From positions 87,757-151,756 of the forward strand of contig JAGVWC010000011.1 of assembly GCA_018304465.1 (NCBI GenBank): a stretch of DNA of 64,000 nt, written 5' to 3'. This document shows, one piece after another, positions 50,144 through 60,329 of the stretch (position 1 is the stretch's first letter; every line of letters begins with the position of its first letter). Made by a program: the position numbers and the translations under genes. The stretch comes from Candidatus Iainarchaeum sp. GTDB taxonomy: Archaea; Iainarchaeota; Iainarchaeia; Iainarchaeales; JAGVWC01. The notes beneath the pieces are model-generated. The model made no database searches. It had not been told where the DNA came from and saw only the letters and a list, made by a program, of their open reading frames with translations.

Positions 50144-50830
50144 ATGGCGCCTGCACAAAGTTTTCTCCTCGACAACTGGCTGCGAAAATTCATTCCGCAG
50201 GACATTACGGACTGGTCCTTGATTATATCCAATCTGGGCACCATTGTTCTCGCGATTTTTGCCGGATGGACCGTCATGACCGTGCTTTGGGGATACTGGC
50301 TGCAAAGCGTGATCATCGGTTTTTTCACCGTGGTCAAAATCATGATTTTCGGAGCCAAACAAAACACGCAAATAGAAGCCGAGACCACCGAAAAAGGAAA
50401 AAAAAAGACGATTTTGTTGGGATCTCTCGCCGCAAGCGGTTTTTTCGCGTTTCATTACGGATTTTTTCATCTGGTGTACGCCGTTTTTCTCGGCGCATTC
50501 ACCTTCGGGGGATCACAACCCTTCGATTTGACCGCGGTCGTCATCATGGGCGCGATTTTTTTCGCCAACCACCTAATATCAACCTCCGTTCACCTCCATA
50601 AAGACCTTCAATCGCCAGGCGACGCAGGAAAAAAAATTTCCGAATACTTCACGAGCCCGTACCTGCGCATCGTACCGATGCATTTGACGATTATTTTTGG
50701 CGGACTGTTTCTTAGCAGCGGAATCGGAGGCACTTTTGTCATGATTTTTTTTCTGTTATTAAAATCCGTGCTCGATTATGGCGGTCACCGCATTCAACAC
50801 GCAAACGAAGGGATTCAAAATCACGTCTAA
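50144..50830 (+). CDS. DUF6498-like membrane protein
   Basis: YWLQSVIIG, FFAFHYGFF, PYLRIVPMHLTII. Confidence 0.75.
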   Translation: MAPAQSFLLDNWLRKFIPQDITDWSLIISNLGTIVLAIFAGWTVMTVLWGYWLQSVIIGFFTVVKIMIFGAKQNTQIEAETTEKGKKKTILLGSLAASGFFAFHYGFFHLVYAVFLGAFTFGGSQPFDLTAVVIMGAIFFANHLISTSVHLHKDLQSPGDAGKKISEYFTSPYLRIVPMHLTIIFGGLFLSSGIGGTFVMIFFLLLKSVLDYGGHRIQHANEGIQNHV

Positions 50831-51365
50831 ACGCGTTTTTTTCATTCACGGATGGGGCGGAACCCACCCCGATCACTGGCAAAACTGGATGGTTTCCCAA
50901 GCCAAAGAAAACGTTTTTGCACAAATGGTTCTCATGCCAAACCCGGATTTTCCGGTTGTACACGAATGGATTTCCACGCTTTTTGACGTCATTGTAAAAC
51001 CGGACAAAAACACGATTTTGGTCGGACACAGCCTCGGGTGCCCCGCGATTCTTCGATTCCTCGAAAAACTTCCTACTGGACAAAAAATCGGAAAAGCGGT
51101 GTTGGTCGCGGGGTTTTGCCAGCCCTTAAAAGTTCCCGCCATCGACGGATTTGTCCAAGAACCGTTTGATTGGAAAAAAATAAAATCCGCGTGTTCCGAA
51201 TTCATCGTTGTTCACGCGGATAACGATCTCCGCGTGCCCTTAAAACGCGGCCAATTCCTGGCGGATCAATTGGGCGTTACCCTTGCAATTGAACCGAACG
51301 GCGGACATATTACAACACCCCAATTCGGACCCTACCCCCGCCTTTGGAAACGAATTCTGAAATAA
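50778..51365 (+). CDS. RBBP9/YdeN-family alpha/beta hydrolase
   Basis: FIHGWGG, HWQNW, GHSLG, DND, GGH; start uncertain. Confidence 0.9.
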   Translation: MAVTAFNTQTKGFKITSKRVFFIHGWGGTHPDHWQNWMVSQAKENVFAQMVLMPNPDFPVVHEWISTLFDVIVKPDKNTILVGHSLGCPAILRFLEKLPTGQKIGKAVLVAGFCQPLKVPAIDGFVQEPFDWKKIKSACSEFIVVHADNDLRVPLKRGQFLADQLGVTLAIEPNGGHITTPQFGPYPRLWKRILK

Positions 51366-51370
51366 AAAAA

Positions 51371-52942
51371 CTATTGAATCGTTCCCTGATACTCGTTATT
51401 CGAAGAACTGGTCTCCACAAACAAGTCGTTCGGATCAATCACCACGCGCACCGTTTTTCCGAGCAGGTTTGAATCCGTCTGATAATACAAAATGTGGGTT
51501 CCGCTGTTAATCGCGTTGGCAAAACTCGTCAACACGCCGTTTTCATGGGCATACACCTGCGTATATTCGGCCGCCAGGACGCCGTCGATATACAATTCCA
51601 CCGGGATCATCGTGGCCCCCAACTTGTTGGAATCCGAAAAACCGTAATCCACCACGAAACCTGACACCCTTAATTCGTTATCGTCAAATCCAAGACCCCA
51701 GGTCGCCGGACCTGCAATCGACAAATCCCCCGAAGCACAGCCATACACTTCCGTGCGGTTAATGTCACAGCAATACGCGGAATCCGACGCGGTCGACCAC
51801 CCGTTTTCATCCGGCGTATAATGAATGCCGGTTTGCGGCAAGAAATCGACAATACACGCCGAACCCACGGAACAAATCTGACCGCCTTGCGCACTGCACG
51901 TCGGAGCCGGGGGCGCTTGGCACGTACCCGTACAACAGGCATTGGAACCATTCGCGTCCACTACGGTCGTTGAGCACGAAAGCCCAGTTCCGCACACGCT
52001 TCCGTTCATTTGCGCGCAGGTTTTCAGCACACACGTGCCCGCGACACACGTTTTGTTCGAATCCGCACACGTGACCCCTGCACACGGATCAATCGCGGCG
52101 CACGTCCCCGTACAGCACGAATTCGTGTCTTTCGAAGAAACCACGGAAACCGAACAAACCTTGTTGACATCGCACACGCTTCCGTTCAAATCCGCGCAGA
52201 ATTTGAAGGAACACGCCGTGCAACACAACCCCGTATTGTTCGCGTTAATGTAACCGCCCGTGCACGCCTGATTACTTGCACAAATCACGCCGTTTTGATC
52301 CGAACAATTCTTCAAACCCGCCTGAAAAGTACACGGCAATGATTCCGAAGGTTTGTTTTGGTCGATTACACAACCCGATTTCAAAGAACACGTGCGCGTC
52401 TGCTTGTTGCCGTCGCACAAGGTCCACAACGAACAATTCCACGGATTTTCGCACGGATTCGGCGGCGTCTGGTTCAAATCGGGAACAACTTGATTCGCAT
52501 CCGGCACCGGAGAGCCGTTTTGATCCGACACCCCGGTGTTTTGATCCGCATCCGAATTCGAATCCGATGCATTTAAATCGGACGGATTGGAAAAACCCGT
52601 TTGTTTTTCAAACGCGCACACCAGTTGCAGATTCTGGTCCACCAAAACAACCAACACCAAATCGGCATCCTTAAAAGTGCCCGAATAAAAATCCCGCGAT
52701 GCGATGTTTTGATCGCAGTTTTCCGTCCAATAATTCGCGTCCGCTTCAAACGACGCTTTTGGATAACTTCCAAACGACAGGACCGCGTTCGGATGCGACG
52801 CCAAAAATTGTTTGACTTGCGGAAAATCCTTCACGATGGTTTCCGGCGAACTGGACGAAAGACACCCAAGTAAAAGCACGGAAACCAATACATAAAACAA
52901 TAACCCGTATCGACCAAAAACACTTCCGAATCCTTGCGACAT
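51371..52942 (-). CDS. Cys-rich repeat surface protein with C-terminal CARDB-like domain
   Basis: Lipobox LLGC; repeated CxxxNGxxC...CC units; VIDPNDLFVETSSSNN. Confidence 0.8.
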   Translation of the reverse strand: MSQGFGSVFGRYGLLFYVLVSVLLLGCLSSSSPETIVKDFPQVKQFLASHPNAVLSFGSYPKASFEADANYWTENCDQNIASRDFYSGTFKDADLVLVVLVDQNLQLVCAFEKQTGFSNPSDLNASDSNSDADQNTGVSDQNGSPVPDANQVVPDLNQTPPNPCENPWNCSLWTLCDGNKQTRTCSLKSGCVIDQNKPSESLPCTFQAGLKNCSDQNGVICASNQACTGGYINANNTGLCCTACSFKFCADLNGSVCDVNKVCSVSVVSSKDTNSCCTGTCAAIDPCAGVTCADSNKTCVAGTCVLKTCAQMNGSVCGTGLSCSTTVVDANGSNACCTGTCQAPPAPTCSAQGGQICSVGSACIVDFLPQTGIHYTPDENGWSTASDSAYCCDINRTEVYGCASGDLSIAGPATWGLGFDDNELRVSGFVVDYGFSDSNKLGATMIPVELYIDGVLAAEYTQVYAHENGVLTSFANAINSGTHILYYQTDSNLLGKTVRVVIDPNDLFVETSSSNNEYQGTIQ

Positions 52943-53160
52943 GTCACAAATTGCTTTGAAGGAGTTAATAAATTTTTCCTGCATAACCCCAAAAAACCAA
53001 TGAAAACCGTTTCTTTGAAGATTGGGCCGAAGAAGAAATGCGCCCTTTGAATGAATGCAACGAGAATTATAAAAAACTTGTTTTGTCCAACATAAGCCGA
53101 GAGATTTTTAAGGGGGAACCGCCAAAAGAATCTTGGACGAAAACAAAAGCAGGCTGTGCC

Positions 53161-54828
53161 ATGAAACACCCGAAACAAAACGGAAACAAGACCAAATACA
53201 TCGTGGTTACCGGCGGCGTCATCAGCGGGCTTGGCAAAGGAATCGTCACCGCAAGCATCGGAAACCTTCTCAAAGCCCACGGATTCTCGGCAACCGCCAT
53301 CAAAATCGACCCCTATCTGAATTTCGACGCGGGAACCATGCGTCCCACCGAACACGGCGAAGTATTCGTCACGTTTGACGGCGGAGAAACCGACCAGGAC
53401 ATCGGAACCTACGAACGATTCATGGACGAAAAACTCTCCCGCACCCATAACATCACTACCGGACAAGTATTCGGATCCGTGATCCAACGCGAACGAAACC
53501 TCGAATACGCCGGAAAAACCGTCCAGGTCACCCCGCATATTCCGGATGAAATCATTCGCCGCATCCGCGAAATCGAACAAAAAACCGATGCGGATTTCAT
53601 TTTGATCGAAGTCGGCGGTGTCATCGGCGACTACGAAAACGTTTTGTTCATCGAAGCCGTCAAACAAATGTACCTCAAAGGAGACCCCATGGCGTTCGTA
53701 CACGTGGTGTTTCTTCCGGTTCCAAACAATCTCGGGGAAATGAAAACAAAACCCGCACAACACTCGATTCGCGCCTTAAACGAACTCGGAATATTCCCCG
53801 ACTTTGTGATCGCGCGTTCTTCACAGCCCATTGACGACCCGCGCAAAGAAAAATTATCCGTTTTTTCCAACATTCCCGTCGAAGCCACGATTTCGGCGCC
53901 CGACCTTGAAACCGTGTACGCCGAGCCATTGGTTTTTGAACAACAAGGATTCTCCCAAAAAATCCTCAATCACTTCGGACTCATTTCGCGCAACATGGAT
54001 TACATCAATTCCTGGCGTGAATTCGTGTTATCCATCAAAAAAGCGTCGGAAACCAAAAAAATCGGCATCGTCGGAAAATACTTTGATACCGGAGACTTCA
54101 CGCTCGAAGACTCCTACGTATCCGTCATCGAAAGCGTCAAACACGCCTGCTGGAAACACGGAATCAAACCCCAAATCCACTGGATCGACTCGAAACGATT
54201 CGAAAAAAACTCCGAAACCCTCGAAGAACTCAAAGAACTCGACGGCGTCATCGTTCCAGGAGGATTCGGATCCAGCGGCGTTGAAGGAAAAATCAAAGCG
54301 ATTCAATTTTGCCGCGAAAACAAAATTCCTTTTCTCGGACTATGCTATGGACTCCAATTGGCAGTGGTCGAATACTGCCGCAACGTCGTCGGACTCAAAG
54401 ACGCGCACACCACCGAAATCAATCCCGACACGCTTTTTCCCGTGATCGACATTATGAAAGAACAAAAACACAATCTGGAAACCAAAAATTTCGGAAACAC
54501 CATGCGATTAGGCGAATACGACGCCCAACTATTACCCGGAAGCATCGTTTCGAGTTTGTACGGAAAAGACGTTATCAAAGAACGCCACCGGCACCGCTAC
54601 GAAGTCAACCCCGAATACGAAAAACAAATCGAAAACGCGGGACTCGTGTTTTCAGGGCGAAATCCGCAACGAAGACTCGTGGAATTCATCGAATTACCGG
54701 GCCACCCGTATTTCGTGGCCACGCAAGCGCACCCCGAATTCACCAGTCGACCCTTGCGACCCCACCCGTTGTTTAACGGCTTTGTTGCCGCCATGAAACA
54801 ACAAAAAATTACTTTAAAAACTCTTTAA
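53161..54828 (+). CDS. pyrG: CTP synthase
   Basis: GGVISGLGKG, KTKPAQ, GLCYGLQ, ERHRHRYE, HPEF. Confidence 0.98.
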   Translation: MKHPKQNGNKTKYIVVTGGVISGLGKGIVTASIGNLLKAHGFSATAIKIDPYLNFDAGTMRPTEHGEVFVTFDGGETDQDIGTYERFMDEKLSRTHNITTGQVFGSVIQRERNLEYAGKTVQVTPHIPDEIIRRIREIEQKTDADFILIEVGGVIGDYENVLFIEAVKQMYLKGDPMAFVHVVFLPVPNNLGEMKTKPAQHSIRALNELGIFPDFVIARSSQPIDDPRKEKLSVFSNIPVEATISAPDLETVYAEPLVFEQQGFSQKILNHFGLISRNMDYINSWREFVLSIKKASETKKIGIVGKYFDTGDFTLEDSYVSVIESVKHACWKHGIKPQIHWIDSKRFEKNSETLEELKELDGVIVPGGFGSSGVEGKIKAIQFCRENKIPFLGLCYGLQLAVVEYCRNVVGLKDAHTTEINPDTLFPVIDIMKEQKHNLETKNFGNTMRLGEYDAQLLPGSIVSSLYGKDVIKERHRHRYEVNPEYEKQIENAGLVFSGRNPQRRLVEFIELPGHPYFVATQAHPEFTSRPLRPHPLFNGFVAAMKQQKITLKTL

Positions 54829-54847
54829 ACTTCTTTTTTACGTCCAC

Positions 54848-56011
54848 ATGACTTTGGAACGATTATTCGTCGGCGAAAAAGAAATTCTTCTTATTGGAAC
54901 CGCCCATATTTCAGCCGAAAGCGTTCGCCTCGCACAAGAAACCATCTTGACCGAAAAACCGGATGTTGTCGGAATCGAACTCGACGAACAACGCTATCAC
55001 CAGCTCAAAAACGATTCCAAATGGCAGTCAACCGACATTGGCGCCGTTATCAAAGAAGGAAAAACCTATTTGCTTTTGCTCAATATTTTCCTGTCCAATC
55101 TCCAGCGACGCCTCGGCGAAAGCGTTTCCATGAAACCCGGACAAGAAATGATCATCGCCGAACAAACCGCGACCCAAAACGGAATCCCCGTCGCGTTACT
55201 GGACCGAAACATCCAGGTCACGATGCAACGCGCGTTCGGCCTCATGCCATTAATGGAAAAACTCCGACTCGGGTATTACTTGCTGATGGGAATATTCGGC
55301 GGCGGAACCGGAGAAAAAATCACTCCCGAAAAAATCGAAGAACTCAAACGCCAAGACATCGTCACCAATCTGATCCAAGAACTCGGACAAAAAGCGCCCA
55401 CCGTCAAACAAGTACTCGTGGACGAACGCGACCAATTCATCGCCAAACGCATCCTGGACACGCCCGCCAAAAAAATCGTGTGCGTCATCGGCGCGGGACA
55501 CGTAGCCGGAATCAAAAAAATTCTTCAAAACCCGGTTTTTATCGATGAAAAAAAACTCATGGAGCTCCCCAAAAAAAACAACACGTGGAGTTTTCTCAAA
55601 TGGGTCATTCCACTTGCCTTCGTTGCCCTCATGGCCTGGTTTTTTTTGGAAAAAGGACTCGTATCCAGCATTCACGCGATCGCATACTGGATTCTCATTA
55701 CGGGAATGTTTTCGGCCATCGGCGCCGCTTTTGCCAAAAGCCATCCGCTCACAATCGCCACCGCTTTTTTGGCCGCGCCGCTCACCACCCTGCACCCGTT
55801 TTTGGCTTCAGGTTGGATCGCCGGCGGAATCGAAGCCAAATACAACACGCCTCAAGTCCGCGATTTTCAATCGCTCAATCAATTGAACAGCTACTCGGAT
55901 TTCGAAAAAAACCGCGTCACGCATTTATTGATCGTTGCTTCATACACGAACCTCGGAAGCACGCTCGGCGTTCTCATCGCATTTCCGTATTTACTTAGCA
56001 GTCTGGCGTAA
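54848..56011 (+). CDS. TraB/PrgY (pheromone shutdown) family protein
   Basis: GTAHIS, ELDEQR, PGQEM, LVDERD, GAGHVAG; C-terminal TMs. Confidence 0.9.
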   Translation: MTLERLFVGEKEILLIGTAHISAESVRLAQETILTEKPDVVGIELDEQRYHQLKNDSKWQSTDIGAVIKEGKTYLLLLNIFLSNLQRRLGESVSMKPGQEMIIAEQTATQNGIPVALLDRNIQVTMQRAFGLMPLMEKLRLGYYLLMGIFGGGTGEKITPEKIEELKRQDIVTNLIQELGQKAPTVKQVLVDERDQFIAKRILDTPAKKIVCVIGAGHVAGIKKILQNPVFIDEKKLMELPKKNNTWSFLKWVIPLAFVALMAWFFLEKGLVSSIHAIAYWILITGMFSAIGAAFAKSHPLTIATAFLAAPLTTLHPFLASGWIAGGIEAKYNTPQVRDFQSLNQLNSYSDFEKNRVTHLLIVASYTNLGSTLGVLIAFPYLLSSLA

Positions 56012-56018
56012 AAAAAAG

Positions 56019-56894
56019 CTATTCCGTCAGTCTGCCGCCGAGTTCCGCAAGCAAACCGCGCCATTTCCGGGACTCGATACTGGTTTCCTGAACCAATTCC
56101 TGATTTTGTCGAACCAATTCCGCGAAATGAATCGTGAAATTCGGATGCAACCGGCGTTGTTGACGCAGCGCCGCCCACACCAACCGCAATTGTTCTTGTC
56201 GAGCGGAGAGAACGCTGGTGAAAGTGTCCATGTTACGCGCGATTTGCCGGACATACATGCGCGCCAATTGGGTTTCGTCAAAACCGCCTTTCGAATACCG
56301 CGCGTAAATGGTTCGACGCACCCGACGCCCTTCAATATGCGATCGAGCCATGGCACGCCGGGCAAAGTCAAAATTTTCCGACGCGTTTTGAAAACCAGGG
56401 TTATTGGCTTCAAAATTCGCGACGAACATTTTTTCGCGGAAAAACTGCGGTTTTTCAAGCAGCCGGTCGTATGCGGAAAGCCACTGGGTTACTGCGGGCA
56501 CGCGCGCTTGTGTCGTAAGCTTCATCGCCCGCGTCAAATAGGCCCGATTCAAAGGCTGATGCTCGCCCAACAGAAAAGAATAATACACCGCTTTTCGATA
56601 CACTTCGCCGGTTGCTTGATAAAGTTTCGTTTCAAGAATCCAAAGATTTTTTTCCTGTTCAATCGCCGGTTCCGTGCCTTTAGGCAAACGATTAATTTCC
56701 AGTAGCGCTTTCAAGAATTGTTCGGCCGCTTTTTCAGCGTTTTCGTGCAAGGCCTTCATTCGGCCGCGGGCAATCCGAAGCAACCGAATGCGAATGCGTT
56801 CCAGTTGGGTTTTGGAATACGTTTTGATGAATTCCCCCGTTCGAGTCATTCGCCGTTTGATAACGTCATACCCTTTGATCCGATACCGGGCCAT
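56019..56894 (-). CDS. Arg-rich helical orphan protein
   Basis: 291-aa ORF MARYRIKG..., no recognisable motif. Confidence 0.7.
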   Translation of the reverse strand: MARYRIKGYDVIKRRMTRTGEFIKTYSKTQLERIRIRLLRIARGRMKALHENAEKAAEQFLKALLEINRLPKGTEPAIEQEKNLWILETKLYQATGEVYRKAVYYSFLLGEHQPLNRAYLTRAMKLTTQARVPAVTQWLSAYDRLLEKPQFFREKMFVANFEANNPGFQNASENFDFARRAMARSHIEGRRVRRTIYARYSKGGFDETQLARMYVRQIARNMDTFTSVLSARQEQLRLVWAALRQQRRLHPNFTIHFAELVRQNQELVQETSIESRKWRGLLAELGGRLTE

Positions 56895-57027
56895 GACAAA
56901 AAAGTGGTTTTTGAATTATTTAATGATTACGAATCCGATGGTTGGCTAAGACGGACAACAACAAAAATAAAAAAAAGAATTAGAACGAACTTGCTCTATA
57001 AATTCTTACGAATTAAATAGAAACAAC

Positions 57028-57192
57028 TTAGAAGCGATCGTTGCGCTTTGGTTTGTGTTTGGCGTAGCAGTCCCTACAGTAAACGGGTCGGGCACCATCC
57101 GGTTGGAAAGGAACTTGCGTTTGCTTTCCGCAATCGGAACAGGTGACGTCGAACATTTGCCGTGGACCAGAATTAAACCGGTCGAAAGCCAT
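57028..57192 (-). CDS. CxxC-x17-CxxC domain protein
   Basis: CSDCGKQTQVPFQPDGARPVYCRDCY; AGGAGTGA SD. Confidence 0.9.
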   Translation of the reverse strand: MAFDRFNSGPRQMFDVTCSDCGKQTQVPFQPDGARPVYCRDCYAKHKPKRNDRF

Positions 57193-57314
57193 TGTCTTTT
57201 CACTCCTATTATACTTTATCATCAAACCGAAGTTCAATGATATAGTAAATCCCATAAGACATCTTTTAAACCCGCGGTTTGGCTGGATTGCCGGTAAAAC
57301 GACGTTTACAAGGG

Positions 57315-57650
57315 TTATTCGACCGAAAGGCCGTTTGGCATGGGCTTGTCCAGGCCCACTAACGAAAGAATGGTCACGCCATCGCCGACCGCCAAAAGCA
57401 TTCCTTTGGACTCGATTCCCGCGATTTTTCGCGCGGCCAAATTCGAAACCACGATGATTTGCCGGCCGACCAATTGTTCCACGGAATACAAGGGACGCAG
57501 GCCCGAAACAATGGTACGCGGCGACTCCTCGCCGATATCGATCGAAAGCCGGAATAATTTGTCTTTTCCCGCCACGGGCTCCGCGGCCAGAATCGTCGCG
57601 GTCCGCAGATCCATTTTTTTGAATTCGTCAAACGAAATTTCGTCACTCAT
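57315..57650 (-). CDS. tRNA-binding domain protein (Trbp111 / MetRS C-terminal-like)
   Basis: FDEFKKMDLR, DKL, RTIVSGL, NLAARKIAGIESKGMLL. Confidence 0.9.
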   Translation of the reverse strand: MSDEISFDEFKKMDLRTATILAAEPVAGKDKLFRLSIDIGEESPRTIVSGLRPLYSVEQLVGRQIIVVSNLAARKIAGIESKGMLLAVGDGVTILSLVGLDKPMPNGLSVE

Positions 57651-58311
57651 TTTTTTTCCTCCGAAACAAGGTTTTTTTCTTGAACTGGGTTTCATCGGGC
57701 GCAAGCGTTCCCTCGGTTTTTTCGGCCAGAATCGAATTCAGTCCAAACCAAATCCGGTTGATTCCCCCGATCCAAACCAAGAGCACGATGAACCACAAAA
57801 ACAATTCCATGGTTGCAAACCCGAATACCGACGGCTGCCACAACGAAACAATCACGCCAAGCAAAAGCAACAGCAATCGTTGGGTACGATTCCCCCGGTT
57901 CGGCCAGTTTTTGGAATCCGTTTTCAGGACGAGACCCGCGCGGGCCTTGGAATACGACACCAAATTTGCGCCGCACACCGCCAAAAACGCGGCCAACGGA
58001 AAATCAAAAACAAAACCCAGGAAAAAAAATGTTTCCGAAATCCGGGCCACGGTGGCATCCAAAAAACTTCGCGTGGACGAATGACCATTCTGGATGTCCG
58101 CCAAACCGTCGTCCAAACCGTCCAACAAAAGGGAAATGACCAAAAATACGACCGCGATTTCGTAGCGGCTGCGCATGAAAAAAAAAGCCGCGATTACGGC
58201 CGCGGGAACCGAAAGAATCGTCACGGCATTCGGCGAAAGACCCATGGAATCCAATGGCCTCGCCAGCCACCGAAACAAAGGCTTTGACCAATCCCGAAAT
58301 TGCGAAAACAT
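57643..58311 (-). CDS. CDP-alcohol phosphatidyltransferase family protein (degenerate motif)
   Basis: GLSPNAVT, DGLDDGLA...FLDATVAR, VSYSKARA. Confidence 0.75.
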   Translation of the reverse strand: MFSQFRDWSKPLFRWLARPLDSMGLSPNAVTILSVPAAVIAAFFFMRSRYEIAVVFLVISLLLDGLDDGLADIQNGHSSTRSFLDATVARISETFFFLGFVFDFPLAAFLAVCGANLVSYSKARAGLVLKTDSKNWPNRGNRTQRLLLLLLGVIVSLWQPSVFGFATMELFLWFIVLLVWIGGINRIWFGLNSILAEKTEGTLAPDETQFKKKTLFRRKKNE

Positions 58312-58331
58312 GCCAAAAAACCAAAAAAAAA

Positions 58332-59039
58332 CTATTTTCCACCCATCGGCGGTTCGCGTTTTCGGGTTAAAAAACGCCGAAACAAAGGAAACCGCAAGAC
58401 ACTCGCCGCAAACAAATTCACAGGACCCGTCGTGTGCACTTCGCGCACTCCGTTGTTTTTTACGAGATTTTTCCGGGCGTCCTCTAAGGAATCTCCGTCC
58501 ACGTGCAAGTGGCAATTGCTGATTTCCCAGGGCAGATGCGCGTCGGAGCCAACAGAAAACGGTTTGTTATGTTGCAGCGCGTATTCGAGCGCACGATCGT
58601 TTCGCTCCATCAAGCGAATCCGCGCGTTAAAAACCTCAATCAAATCCACCCGCGGCAAAATATCATCCAAGCGCTGAAACTTTCGCGACGCCATGGGATT
58701 ACGATTGTCAAACGGATGCGGAATCGCGACCAAACCCCCCTGGTCATGAATCTCGTCCAACACTTCTTCCACCAGGCTTTTTTTCAACGGCTGGTTCAAA
58801 AACAAACCCAGAATTTCCCCGGCAAAAGAAGATCCCCAATACACGCGTTGCTCTTGGCCCCGAATAAACATCCAATCCTGACGCTTGGCTTCGCGCTCCA
58901 AAACCCCCCATGAATTCGCGTTTCCATGATCTGTTGACGCCAAAACCACGCCTTGCTTTTTGGACCGGGAAATAAACGCTTTGGGTGACGTGACGCAATC
59001 GACCGAATACCACGTATGATTATGAAGATCCAATTTCAT
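58332..59039 (-). CDS. PHP-domain metallophosphoesterase
   Basis: DLHNHTWYS, TDH, PHPFD, EVFNAR, GSDAH. Confidence 0.9.
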   Translation of the reverse strand: MKLDLHNHTWYSVDCVTSPKAFISRSKKQGVVLASTDHGNANSWGVLEREAKRQDWMFIRGQEQRVYWGSSFAGEILGLFLNQPLKKSLVEEVLDEIHDQGGLVAIPHPFDNRNPMASRKFQRLDDILPRVDLIEVFNARIRLMERNDRALEYALQHNKPFSVGSDAHLPWEISNCHLHVDGDSLEDARKNLVKNNGVREVHTTGPVNLFAASVLRFPLFRRFLTRKREPPMGGK

Positions 59040-59108
59040 TCGAATGCCCTGTTAAAAAATAGGAACCAACCTGCTTAAAATAGTAAAATAGACTATTATT
59101 GACTATAT

Positions 59109-60329
59109 ATGAATACCACGGATATTCGCCGGGATTTTCCGGTTCTGGAACGCAAAATCAATGGAAAACACCTGGTGTATCTGGACAACGCCGCCACGTC
59201 CCTAAAACCCAAACAAGTCAGCGACGCCATGCACCGCTACTACATCGAAATGCCCGCCAATGTTCACCGAGGACTCCACCGATTATCCGAACAAGCCTCG
59301 CAAATCTACGAAGAAAGCCACAAAACCGTGGCCAAGTTCATCAACAGCTCCGAAACCGAAATCGCTTACATGCAAAACGCCACGGCCGCGATTAACGCCG
59401 TCATGTACTCGCTTCTTGAAAGCGGAAAACTCGATCACAAAGAAATCGTCATCAGCCGCGCCGAACACCATGCGAACCTCGTGCCCTGGCAATTCGCCGC
59501 CAAAAAAGCGCATGCCACCCTGAAATTCGTCGACTTGAATCCCGATTATACCCTTAACATGGACGACTTGGAACAAAAAATATCGGACCAAACCGCGATT
59601 GTCGCCATGGCCCACATTACCAACACGGTTGCCGCCATCAACGATGTCGCCAAAATCGCAAAAATCTCGCACGATCACGGCGCGTTGTGTCTGGTCGACG
59701 GCGCGCAATCTGTTCCTCACTTGCCCATCGACGTCAAAAAAATTGACTGCGATTTCCTCGCGTTTTCCGCCCACAAAATGCTCGGTCCCACTGGCATCGG
59801 CGTGCTCTATGGCAAAGAAAAACAACTGGACGCCATGGAACCGTTTCTTTACGGCGGAAGCATGATTCACTCGGTGACCTTGGAAACCAGCACGTGGAAC
59901 AAACTGCCCGACAAATTCGAAGCCGGGACTCCGCCGATCGGAGAAGCGTTTGGATTCCAAGCCGCCGTGCAATACCTCAAAAAAATCGGAATGACCGAAG
60001 TCCGCGAACACGAAAAACAACTCGTCGGATACGCGTTGAAAAAAATGAGCGCGATTGACGGACTCCGAATTTATGGACCCAAAGACCCGAAAAAACAAGG
60101 CGGAATCATTTTGTTCGATTATCCGCGCTTGGGTTGCCATGAACTCGCCTTGGCGATGGATGAAGCCAACAACATCGCGATCCGAAGCGGAATGCACTGC
60201 GCCGAACCCATTGTTTCAAGCATCAATCCCAACGGTCTTTGCCGCGCCAGTTTTTACATTTACAACACCGAAGAAGAAATCGACTTGTTGGCCACCACCC
60301 TGGAAGAATTACTGGGCGCGTTTTCATGA
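59109..60329 (+). CDS. sufS: Cysteine desulfurase (SufS type)
   Basis: YLDNAATS, ANVHRG, EHHAN, DGAQSVPH, SAHKMLGPTG, RSGMHCA. Confidence 0.93.
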   Translation: MNTTDIRRDFPVLERKINGKHLVYLDNAATSLKPKQVSDAMHRYYIEMPANVHRGLHRLSEQASQIYEESHKTVAKFINSSETEIAYMQNATAAINAVMYSLLESGKLDHKEIVISRAEHHANLVPWQFAAKKAHATLKFVDLNPDYTLNMDDLEQKISDQTAIVAMAHITNTVAAINDVAKIAKISHDHGALCLVDGAQSVPHLPIDVKKIDCDFLAFSAHKMLGPTGIGVLYGKEKQLDAMEPFLYGGSMIHSVTLETSTWNKLPDKFEAGTPPIGEAFGFQAAVQYLKKIGMTEVREHEKQLVGYALKKMSAIDGLRIYGPKDPKKQGGIILFDYPRLGCHELALAMDEANNIAIRSGMHCAEPIVSSINPNGLCRASFYIYNTEEEIDLLATTLEELLGAFS

